A DNA stretch of 64,000 nucleotides. Source: a virus. Lineage: Duplodnaviria > Caudoviricetes. Position 1 is the stretch's first letter; each line of letters opens with the position of its first letter. Of this stretch, positions 56,261-64,000 are shown one piece after another. Where the stretch lies: positions 2,120-66,119 of the IMG/VR virus record IMGVR_UViG_3300027121_000002. The stretch is one strand, 5' to 3'. Position numbers and translations under genes: made by a program. The notes beneath the pieces are model-generated. The model was not told the origin of the DNA. It did no database searches and saw only the letters and a program-made list of their open reading frames with translations.

Positions 56261-56786
56261 AAATCCAATTTGGCATTCTATCAGGAATTTTTAGGTAATT
56301 GTCCTTTACCCAAGGTTTAGACGCAACATACTTTTGATATGCTGTTGGAGTATCAATACTTGCATCATATTTGAACTCATCGGGCATTGCCCTTGCGAAT
56401 TCTATCACATTCTTATAGATGGAAATCTCCTTTTCACTTTTAGTAGCAAAGATATTCTCTGCTACTTCAAGTCCTTTCATACAAGCGTGTTCTTTACCAT
56501 AACGATGCCGATATTCATTACAAAGAGCATAACCGTGCCGAATTAACCAAGCAAGATTCTCATAATTCTCTGCTGCCCACACAGTACAAGGATGATTACG
56601 AAAAGCACCCTTCTCAGTACTATAAGGGGTTCCATCCTTTTTGGGAATAGTACCCCAATCATAATACCACTTGGAGTAAATAACGGAAATCATCTGACAG
56701 GTCTCCAGGGGCATTTTAACAATATGCTTATCTGGGAGGGACACAGCAGAAAGCACTGGACACACATCAGTCACAAAAATATTCAT
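56247..56786 (-). CDS. Pyrimidine-dimer DNA glycosylase (DenV)-like protein
   Basis: MNIF; DKHIVKMPLE..QM; NHPCTVW; EY..RYGK.H. Confidence 0.8.
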   Translation of the reverse strand: MNIFVTDVCPVLSAVSLPDKHIVKMPLETCQMISVIYSKWYYDWGTIPKKDGTPYSTEKGAFRNHPCTVWAAENYENLAWLIRHGYALCNEYRHRYGKEHACMKGLEVAENIFATKSEKEISIYKNVIEFARAMPDEFKYDASIDTPTAYQKYVASKPWVKDNYLKIPDRMPNWIYEYA

Positions 56787-56802
56787 AATATAAAATTAAA
56801 AA

Positions 56803-57489
56803 TCAAGAAAAATTAGAGTCAGGCTCCAAAGCAATATAATAAGTCAAATTATAACGTTCATTGGTGAATTTAGACAGAAGTTTTTCTGACACAACCACGT
56901 CATAAGAACCAGGAATAATTTTGATGTTCTCAACCTTGAAATTGAAAGTAAATTCCTTATCAGTCTCACCAACCACAATGGAGTATTCGTTAGAAGTATC
57001 ATTTTTCTTATCACGAACAACCAGACGAATTACGCCTGCTTCACCAACAGCAGAAAGGTCAGGAAGTTGATAAACTGCTGCTGCTTTGATGAGTTTATCA
57101 AGTTGCGAATGCTCTAGTTGAAAACAAACATCACTGGAGGGAAGTGTGATTTCTTTATCTGGTGGTGATACAATCACTTCTGGGTCAGCAAAGAAATACT
57201 TCACACGACGTTTTCCTTCACGAATAATAACGTGCGAGTCATTCCCAAAATCAAGGTCGGGATCCTGGTGCAATCCCAATCCATTTAGAAATTGATTAAG
57301 GTCATAAATTGCAAAATCCTTTGTAAATTCTTCATTAATTTCTGCTTCTGCTAGAATATTTTTCATAACAGAAATTGTACGAAGTTTTGAACCCGACTTA
57401 ACCAAAATGGACTGATTAATTGAAGAAAAGTTTTTTAGAATAGTAATAGTAGATTCAGAAAGTTTCATAGTTTGGAGGTTAAGATTCAC
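56803..57489 (-). CDS. gp45: Sliding clamp
   Basis: LKNFSSINQS; FAIYDLNQFL; YYIALE; likely start MKLSE. Confidence 0.96.
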   Translation of the reverse strand: MNLNLQTMKLSESTITILKNFSSINQSILVKSGSKLRTISVMKNILAEAEINEEFTKDFAIYDLNQFLNGLGLHQDPDLDFGNDSHVIIREGKRRVKYFFADPEVIVSPPDKEITLPSSDVCFQLEHSQLDKLIKAAAVYQLPDLSAVGEAGVIRLVVRDKKNDTSNEYSIVVGETDKEFTFNFKVENIKIIPGSYDVVVSEKLLSKFTNERYNLTYYIALEPDSNFS

Positions 57490-57821
57490 TTATTTTCAAC
57501 GAGATTCAGATGATTAATCAAAAGAATAGTATAGTGCAATACTTTGAACAAGTCGGCACGAGGAGTTCCTTTAGTATCATAACGGTCAGTGTACTTAGTA
57601 ATGTTGCCAGCACAGAAACCTTCACGACGATTATGTTTGATTTTATCCAGTGTCTGTTCTGTTCCACCAGCAGTCCTATCAACATAATGCTGATTATAAG
57701 TACCAGCAATATATTCTTCAAGTTGTTTCAGGATTTTGTCTTCATTGTATTTCCAGAAACCATTAGTATTTGTGTTTTCAGTCATAGTAATAGTAAAAGT
57801 TGTGTAGGTCATAAGGCACAT
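57486..57821 (-). CDS. Conserved hypothetical protein (DUF3310-like)
   Basis: KYNEDKIL..Y...TY.QHY; GFCAGNITKY..RY..KG..DL.K.LHY. Confidence 0.75.
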   Translation of the reverse strand: MCLMTYTTFTITMTENTNTNGFWKYNEDKILKQLEEYIAGTYNQHYVDRTAGGTEQTLDKIKHNRREGFCAGNITKYTDRYDTKGTPRADLFKVLHYTILLINHLNLVENK

Positions 57822-57854
57822 TTACCTTCACCAATCATACCAAAAAACCAAAGG

Positions 57855-59573
57855 TCAGTCAACCATTTTACTAAATCCTTTAATTTTATCAAACTTTATA
57901 ACTCTATCAAACTTATCAATCAATTCGTCTGTCTTATGTGAAATCACAAATATATTAGTATCTTTTATAACATACTTAATAATTTTTGTAAAATAGTCTG
58001 TTCCCATAAAATCCAAAGAACTATCAAACACTTCATCCAAAATAAGAAGATTGGTATTGACTGAATTTTTCATTCTTGCAATTTCTCTCCAAGTAAAAAG
58101 AATCGCAAGATTAATTCTCATCTTCTCTCCTTCACTAAAACTTTCATATGTGAAGTCCTCGTGAATAGGAGATTTGATTTTTTCATTAAACTCTTCATCG
58201 AGAGTAAAATTAATAAAGAAGTCCATCATTTGCAGATACTTATTAATCTGCTGATTCATAAGAGGAAGATACTTCTTAATAATTTTTCCTTTGATTCCAC
58301 CATCTTTCATTAATGAATGTGTAAAATCAAAGTAAGAAATATCTTCTTTATTTTTTGCCTTTTCAGTTTGAATTAAATCTAAAGTTTTTTCTAATTCAGT
58401 TAATACTTTTCTTTCAGTATTTCTATTTTTAATTTTTTTGGTAATGTCTTGAATTTCCTGGTCCAGGTCTCTTGATTGTTTATTAAGTTGGGAAATTTTA
58501 ACATTGTTGTTAGAAATTTCATTATTTAAAGACCCAATCTCTTTTGAAACGACATTGAATTCACGTTCTCTTTGTTCCTCCTGTTGAATTGCTTCTTTCA
58601 ATTCATTATAACCTTGCTGAAGTTCCTTTGCTTTGGTTTCAGATTCACTAACTTTATTTAACCTGAATTCTTCTTCGATAGTTTGGGTGCAAGTAGGGCA
58701 TACCGAATTATTATTAAAAAACTTATGCTGTTCTGTAATACTTGATACTTTCTCGGAAATCTTACCCTTTAAATTAGAAAGTTGTTTCAGTTTCTTAGAT
58801 GCATCCAGAAGGTTCTCTAACTGGGGTTGAAGAGTATTTGATACTTCTTCTACCTTCTGCACGTTCTCTGCCGTTAACTGGTCAATATAAGTGGTAATAG
58901 AAGTGATTTTATCTTTTTTCTTTTCTATATTTTCTTTACCACTTTTCTCAATGCTTTCAATAAACTCTTTTTGCATCTCGACCTTTTCTTCGGTCATCGA
59001 TTGCTTCAAAGAAAGTTCTTTGATTTTATCATTTGTATTTTTAATCCTATCTTTAATTACCGCATTCATTGCAGAAAAGATTTTAATATCCAATAAATCT
59101 TCTACAACTTCCCTGCGATGTGCCGTAGATAATTGCATAAAAGGCACAAAAGAAGCACTCCCCAAAATTACAATTTGAGTAAATGATTTGTAGTTTAATT
59201 TTAAGATACTATCTTCTAGTTGTTTTTGTTGGTCTGCCGATGCTGCTGCTTGATTTTGTAGAGAACCATCAATCCAAATTTCAAAAATATTTGGTTTAAT
59301 TCCTCGTTTAACTTTATATTCTTTTGTTCCAATACTAAAATCAATCTCAACCAAACATTCTTTTTCGTTGGTTGAATTGATTAATTGACCTTTTGTAATT
59401 TTACGAAATGCTTTATTGAATAATCCAAAACAAAGAGCATCAAGCATTGTGCTCTTGCCAGAACCATTAGCACCGACAATTAAAGTAGTTTGCGTATCTG
59501 TAAATTTTATTTCTGTTGGTTGATTTCCAGAAGAAAGAAAATTACGATATGCGATTCGTTTGAATAGTATCAT
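57855..59573 (-). CDS. gp46: Recombination endonuclease ATPase subunit (Rad50-like)
   Basis: GANGSGKST; CPTC hook; FSEGEK; LDEVFD. Confidence 0.96.
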   Translation of the reverse strand: MILFKRIAYRNFLSSGNQPTEIKFTDTQTTLIVGANGSGKSTMLDALCFGLFNKAFRKITKGQLINSTNEKECLVEIDFSIGTKEYKVKRGIKPNIFEIWIDGSLQNQAAASADQQKQLEDSILKLNYKSFTQIVILGSASFVPFMQLSTAHRREVVEDLLDIKIFSAMNAVIKDRIKNTNDKIKELSLKQSMTEEKVEMQKEFIESIEKSGKENIEKKKDKITSITTYIDQLTAENVQKVEEVSNTLQPQLENLLDASKKLKQLSNLKGKISEKVSSITEQHKFFNNNSVCPTCTQTIEEEFRLNKVSESETKAKELQQGYNELKEAIQQEEQREREFNVVSKEIGSLNNEISNNNVKISQLNKQSRDLDQEIQDITKKIKNRNTERKVLTELEKTLDLIQTEKAKNKEDISYFDFTHSLMKDGGIKGKIIKKYLPLMNQQINKYLQMMDFFINFTLDEEFNEKIKSPIHEDFTYESFSEGEKMRINLAILFTWREIARMKNSVNTNLLILDEVFDSSLDFMGTDYFTKIIKYVIKDTNIFVISHKTDELIDKFDRVIKFDKIKGFSKMVD

Positions 59574-59829
59574 AATCTCTTGGTGGTATCACAAATTCAT
59601 TTGGGGTAATTATAACATAATTATATCCATACATCTCACAAGTCTTTATTCCCATTTCATCGTCTACTTCTACCACAGTCATTTCTGGGTAATCTTCCGC
59701 CATTAGAAGACCAGCATACCTTTCAGCATCATCCTCTTCTTCGAAAAAATATAATGCCTTTTCACCATTAGAATCGGTTACTGCATATGCCCCTTCTTCT
59801 TCTTTTTCTGCGATAGTGAGTAAAAACAT
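59542..59829 (-). CDS. Conserved hypothetical protein
   Basis: EGAYAV..LYFFEEEDDAERYA..VIPP; between gp47 and gp46. Confidence 0.8.
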   Translation of the reverse strand: MFLLTIAEKEEEGAYAVTDSNGEKALYFFEEEDDAERYAGLLMAEDYPEMTVVEVDDEMGIKTCEMYGYNYVIITPNEFVIPPRDYDTIQTNRIS

Positions 59830-60872
59830 TATTCTACTTCCAATGCTTCTTTATAAAATTCCCGTAAGAGTTTTTTGATTATGTTTTTGTCTAATTCAAA
59901 TTCAGACTCTTCCACATATTTATCTAAAATACTCAATGTATCCTCTGTGGGTATTTCATCACAATTCACATTTTCATCATAGACATCAACGTTCTCAATA
60001 ATTTTAAGTTCTAATGGATTCACTTTAACTATCGAATCTACAAACTTATCAAACATCTTATAGTCATCCCTTTGACGAACAACGATTTTAACCATTTTGT
60101 CAGTCAAATAAGATGCGTCAAAATCTTTTGGATTATTATTTTCATAATAAACTCTCTCAAACATCGTGTAAGGATTTTGATAATAGTCTAGTTTATAATC
60201 ATCCGTATCAAAAATATGAAATCCTCTTTTGTCATTTACATCACTCCAAAACATTTGATATGGATTTCCAAGATAAAAGATTCTTTCATCATCACTACGA
60301 GTATGATAATGTCCTGAATAAACTCTATCAAACTTTTCAAATACTTTTTTGTCTAATCCTTCTTCGTGAACGTGTCCTGGATAAACCGCAAATCCATTTA
60401 GTTCAAGGTGACCGAAAACTATCTTTGCTTCTGTTTCTTCAAGAAGTTCAAAAGTTTCTTTTTCATTATCAGCACATATCCAAGGAAGAAGGACTGTTTT
60501 CATTCCTTCGATAATATATTCTGTTGGTTTAGAAACTCTAACTACATTATAATATTGCTGAAGAAGTGTATCTATCGCATTGATTTCATTACTGTTTTTA
60601 TAATAAGCATCGTGATTTCCCACAATATTATAAACAGTAATTCCTAAATCTTGAAATCTATCATAAACATTTTCTTTTGCCCAATCAAGAGCCCAGTAAT
60701 CAATACCCTTACGACTATCAAAAGCATCACCCAAGTGAATAACTGTTTTGATTTTGTTTTTCTTTAATGATGGAAAAAATATTTCATCATAAAATTTAGC
60801 AAAGTATTCGTGAAATGGCTTATTTGCTTTACGAAACCCATAGTGAGTATCTGTTATCAATCCAATCTTCAT
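59829..60872 (-). CDS. gp47: Recombination endonuclease nuclease subunit (Mre11-like)
   Basis: TDTHYG; LGD.FD; GNHD; GHLE; SGHYH. Confidence 0.96.
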   Translation of the reverse strand: MKIGLITDTHYGFRKANKPFHEYFAKFYDEIFFPSLKKNKIKTVIHLGDAFDSRKGIDYWALDWAKENVYDRFQDLGITVYNIVGNHDAYYKNSNEINAIDTLLQQYYNVVRVSKPTEYIIEGMKTVLLPWICADNEKETFELLEETEAKIVFGHLELNGFAVYPGHVHEEGLDKKVFEKFDRVYSGHYHTRSDDERIFYLGNPYQMFWSDVNDKRGFHIFDTDDYKLDYYQNPYTMFERVYYENNNPKDFDASYLTDKMVKIVVRQRDDYKMFDKFVDSIVKVNPLELKIIENVDVYDENVNCDEIPTEDTLSILDKYVEESEFELDKNIIKKLLREFYKEALEVE

Positions 60873-61354
60873 TGATATTGTTTCATTTGAATGTTTTCTT
60901 TAATTGTATTGTAGTCAGAAGAACTAAAGGCATCACCATCAACAGAAAAGACCTGATCGAAACCACTTTTTTCGAGAATCTTTTCTTTGATTTCCATCTG
61001 TCTTTTTTCCTTCTGAATACGACGCAAGAAAGCATAATAAACGATTTGCGTAAAATAAGCAAAGGGATTTGTGCGTTCTACATCAAAGTTATTAATATAT
61101 TGAACACAATTTTCAACACCATCAGAAATCATATCTTCACGAAACATATAATTTACAAAGTTTGGACGATATGATAAATGTGTAGCAATTTTCAAAAAAC
61201 AATCACCGAGATAATTTGGAATCACTGGATTGGGAAGACCCTTTTCTTTTGCAGAATTTACTTTAATTTTATAATTTATCAGTGCATCGTGAAAATCTTT
61301 ATTATTTACATAATGTGGATTTTTCTTTACTTTATTCATTTTTGAAATTGGCAT
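60869..61354 (-). CDS. gp55: Late-transcription sigma factor
   Basis: HYVNN; RPNFVNY; MISDGVEN; NPFAYFTQ. Confidence 0.95.
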   Translation of the reverse strand: MPISKMNKVKKNPHYVNNKDFHDALINYKIKVNSAKEKGLPNPVIPNYLGDCFLKIATHLSYRPNFVNYMFREDMISDGVENCVQYINNFDVERTNPFAYFTQIVYYAFLRRIQKEKRQMEIKEKILEKSGFDQVFSVDGDAFSSSDYNTIKENIQMKQYQ

Positions 61355-61372
61355 AACTGATTACTTTTCCTT

Positions 61373-61456
61373 ATTATAACACACAATAGCAATAGTTGAC
61401 AACTATAAACAATATGACTATAATCACTCTGTTAGGGTTGAAGATAAATTATATCT
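61373..61456. promoter_or_regulatory. Overlapping divergent sigma70 promoters plus 44-bp repeat (copy of 27136..27179)
   Basis: Plus strand TTGACA-N17-TATAAT 61396..61424; minus strand TTGTCA-N18-TATAAT 61402..61373. Confidence 0.75.
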
Positions 61457-61846
61457 TTAATTGGATTTATAAATCTTCTCTAAGGATTTTCTGGCATCAG
61501 ATATAGAAGATAAGTATCCCATTTTAGAAGTAAGTTCACTTTTATTGGACTTTTTATTTTTCTCTCTAACAAATTTTTGATGTATTTTAATTAAATCTTC
61601 ATCAGTTATTTCTGTCATTGTTATTACTTTTTCCATATCCATCACAAACATACTGTCATCGGCAAACTTTATCCACGGACTTACTTTGATAGTTGATATT
61701 CCAAGTTTACGGATTGTTATGGATTCCATAGTGATAGGATTATCTAAAATTAATATAATCCTATTTTCTTCATCACAAGGACAAACTTTAGAAAGTATTT
61801 CCTCACCTGATATTAATTTAATGATAGCATAAAAATCTTCTTCCAT
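61457..61846 (-). CDS. Conserved hypothetical protein
   Basis: FYAIIKLISGEEI..PW..MGYLSSI..AR..LE. Confidence 0.8.
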   Translation of the reverse strand: MEEDFYAIIKLISGEEILSKVCPCDEENRIILILDNPITMESITIRKLGISTIKVSPWIKFADDSMFVMDMEKVITMTEITDEDLIKIHQKFVREKNKKSNKSELTSKMGYLSSISDARKSLEKIYKSN

Positions 61847-63310
61847 TTATTTCTTAAAGTCTAGTTGTATAATTTCATAATTAAACTTTTCTTCATTATA
61901 AATTTTAATTCTTTCAATTAAATGATTTAAAGTGTAATTCTTTTTTGATTTGTAAGTAATATCGTCTGCAATGTCATAAAGAACTGCTTTGTTCTTGTTC
62001 TCTCCTTTACGAAGAACTCTACCGATAGATTGTAAATTTCTTACTCTTGATTTACTTGGACTAGCAAAGACAATATTATGAAGATTTTTAATATTAATGC
62101 CAGTACTAAATGTTCCGTATGAAGCAACGATAATTGAATCGTTTTCTTTTTCGGTAATTTCTCTTACCTTTTCCCTTTCCTCAGCATCAACACCACCGTA
62201 AACAAAAAATATTTTTCTGTCTTTTGCTGCTGAACTATTTATCATCTCATATAAAGGTTGACCGTGTGTTTCAACACGATTAAAAAGAATTAAAGTATTT
62301 CCTTTCAAATCCAAAGATAAGTTTTTAATAAACTTATTTCTTTTTTCGTGAGTAATTAGATATTGTATTTCTTCTTCATATTCATTAAATTGATGTTGAT
62401 TGTGTTTCAATAAAAGAACTTTAATTTGTAGTTTTGATAGATAACCTTTTTCGATAAGTTCCTTTGTTTGTGTAACCTTGTATGAGGGACCGAATAAACC
62501 CTCTAGAACCCACTTGTGAGTCTGCGAACCATCCAAAGTACCTGTGAAACCAAAACGATACTTTGCGTTATCCATCTTCGTCATAATACCAACCAAAGAT
62601 TTGGATTTAAATTGATGTGCCTCATCTCCAATCACCACATCAAAATTCTCAAAGAAAGACCTAGGAAGATTATAAATTGATTGCCAAGTCGTAATGACTA
62701 CACTTTTATTAGTAGATTTTTCTTTACCAGAATAAATCTTATGGCAATGCTCTTCGGCATTCCATCCATAATCATCAAAGTCTTTATACATTTGTTCTAC
62801 CAATGAAGTGGTAGGAACAATCAGTAAAATATTATGTTCTTTTTCTACAAAGTATCTAACAATCGAGTAAATCATCAAAGATTTACCAGAAGCAGTTGGA
62901 GAAATCAAAAGTTTACGATTATATCTCAAAGCATCATATACAGCATTTACTTGATAATCCCTTGGTTCGTGTCTTGAGATGCTCTTCATATAATCAGAGA
63001 CACCCTCCATAGAAATCATTTCATTCTCCTCAAATGGAGAACCATAAAATTTATTATCTTTGAACTCTACTGTATATTCGCATTTTTTAGCCCAAGCAAC
63101 TAATTTATCCAAAAGACCAACATAGATTTCACCAGTATGATTGCTATACAAATGAATTTTTCCATTCCAATGTTTGCTCCTATATTGAGGCATAAACTTT
63201 GCCCCAGGAACTTCAAAAGTAAAATAATCAGATAACTCTTGATGAATATGTGGTTCTGTTTCGACTTTTAAATAAATCTCGTTCTTTTTTTGTATAATAA
63301 TATTAGCCAT
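61847..63310 (-). CDS. uvsW: SF2 helicase
   Basis: SPTASGKS; DEAH; GFTGT; QSIGRVLR. Confidence 0.97.
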   Translation of the reverse strand: MANIIIQKKNEIYLKVETEPHIHQELSDYFTFEVPGAKFMPQYRSKHWNGKIHLYSNHTGEIYVGLLDKLVAWAKKCEYTVEFKDNKFYGSPFEENEMISMEGVSDYMKSISRHEPRDYQVNAVYDALRYNRKLLISPTASGKSLMIYSIVRYFVEKEHNILLIVPTTSLVEQMYKDFDDYGWNAEEHCHKIYSGKEKSTNKSVVITTWQSIYNLPRSFFENFDVVIGDEAHQFKSKSLVGIMTKMDNAKYRFGFTGTLDGSQTHKWVLEGLFGPSYKVTQTKELIEKGYLSKLQIKVLLLKHNQHQFNEYEEEIQYLITHEKRNKFIKNLSLDLKGNTLILFNRVETHGQPLYEMINSSAAKDRKIFFVYGGVDAEEREKVREITEKENDSIIVASYGTFSTGINIKNLHNIVFASPSKSRVRNLQSIGRVLRKGENKNKAVLYDIADDITYKSKKNYTLNHLIERIKIYNEEKFNYEIIQLDFKK

Positions 63311-63731
63311 ATCCTGCTGTAAATCTCATGTATTCAATCGCATTCTTTATTTGATAAGTTCTATTTAAGATTGTCTTTAATATACTTTCCAAATAACTAA
63401 GCATCGTTTGGTAATAGTCTATTTTGGATACTGACTTAATTAAGTCTTTATCGGCATCCATATACTTATCTATATCTGGTTTCAAAACCTTATGGTCAAA
63501 TGGATTTTCTTTATATACTTCTGGTTCTGCCTTACCAGAGTAGTACATCCATTTTTCTTTTTTTAAAATCTTATATTTGTTTTCTTCTAGTTTTCGTAGA
63601 AGAAGAATGTTATTATAAAGTTTATAATATTTTGCATGAAGAGCAGGTATTTTGATAGACTCATCGTGTAGATTATCTTGGTCTATAATTGAATCTTGCT
63701 CCCATAATAATTGAATTTCATCAAGGTTCAT
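63303..63731 (-). CDS. uvsY: Recombination mediator
   Basis: W..DS.ID; IP.LHAKY; R.YQIKNAIE. Confidence 0.92.
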   Translation of the reverse strand: MNLDEIQLLWEQDSIIDQDNLHDESIKIPALHAKYYKLYNNILLLRKLEENKYKILKKEKWMYYSGKAEPEVYKENPFDHKVLKPDIDKYMDADKDLIKSVSKIDYYQTMLSYLESILKTILNRTYQIKNAIEYMRFTAGYG

Positions 63732-63735
63732 AGTT

Positions 63736-63999
63736 TCAATAAGTTGTTATATCATATAAAGTATACTTGAAATTTACTTCTGCTGTTACATATTGAACGT
63801 CAGTATTCGTAGCATCAAAATTAATTGTAGAAAGTGATGTTGGAAATAAACCTTTAAAACTAACTGTTGCTACTGGATTATAATTGCTATTGTAAATAAT
63901 TAAACTTCCATCAGATTGACCGGAAGATGCATCCTGAACTCCTGGATTGTATGGGTCTTGATTGAGAAACTCTTGGTATTCCGCAACACTTTCTGGATA
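63736..63999 (-). CDS. gp3: Tail tube/tail completion protein gp3-like (3' part)
   Basis: SDGSL.I.NSN.NP...F..LFPTSLS..FD...Y.TA.V.FKY; position upstream of uvsY. Confidence 0.8.
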   Translation of the reverse strand, partial: YPESVAEYQEFLNQDPYNPGVQDASSGQSDGSLIIYNSNYNPVATVSFKGLFPTSLSTINFDATNTDVQYVTAEVNFKYTLYDITTY

Positions 64000-64000
64000 T

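Overview
Segment of a T4-like (Kyanoviridae-type) cyanomyophage genome, probably freshwater, with almost all genes on the minus strand. From right to left it contains: gp3, uvsY/uvsW, gp55, gp47/46, gp45/44/62, regA, hsp20, gp43, uvsX, a split gp41 helicase, mazG, primase, a split nrdA and nrdB; then late-promoter virion/internal-protein genes; a tail lysozyme, porin and Dps; a ~16 kb glycosyltransferase/nucleotide-sugar island; two hli genes and a peroxiredoxin; and a lysis region. Main observations: (1) Two genes are fractured by split inteins. gp41 has an ultra-short 17-aa N-intein, and its halves are separated by an inverted HNH gene, a cargo gene and a terminator. (2) A family of late-expressed modular proteins shares an N-terminal tag and a ~33-aa module around variable payloads (RyR-like, HAD-like, basic peptides). 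Two members share near-identical DNA cassettes and each sits next to a homing endonuclease. (3) Seven homing-endonuclease-like genes are present, several with visible invasion scars, and six nuclease genes carry a late promoter inside a hairpin. (4) There are host-type regulatory sites (HLR1-like, Pho-box-like) and candidate structured RNAs. All assignments come from reading motifs by eye; no database search was run.
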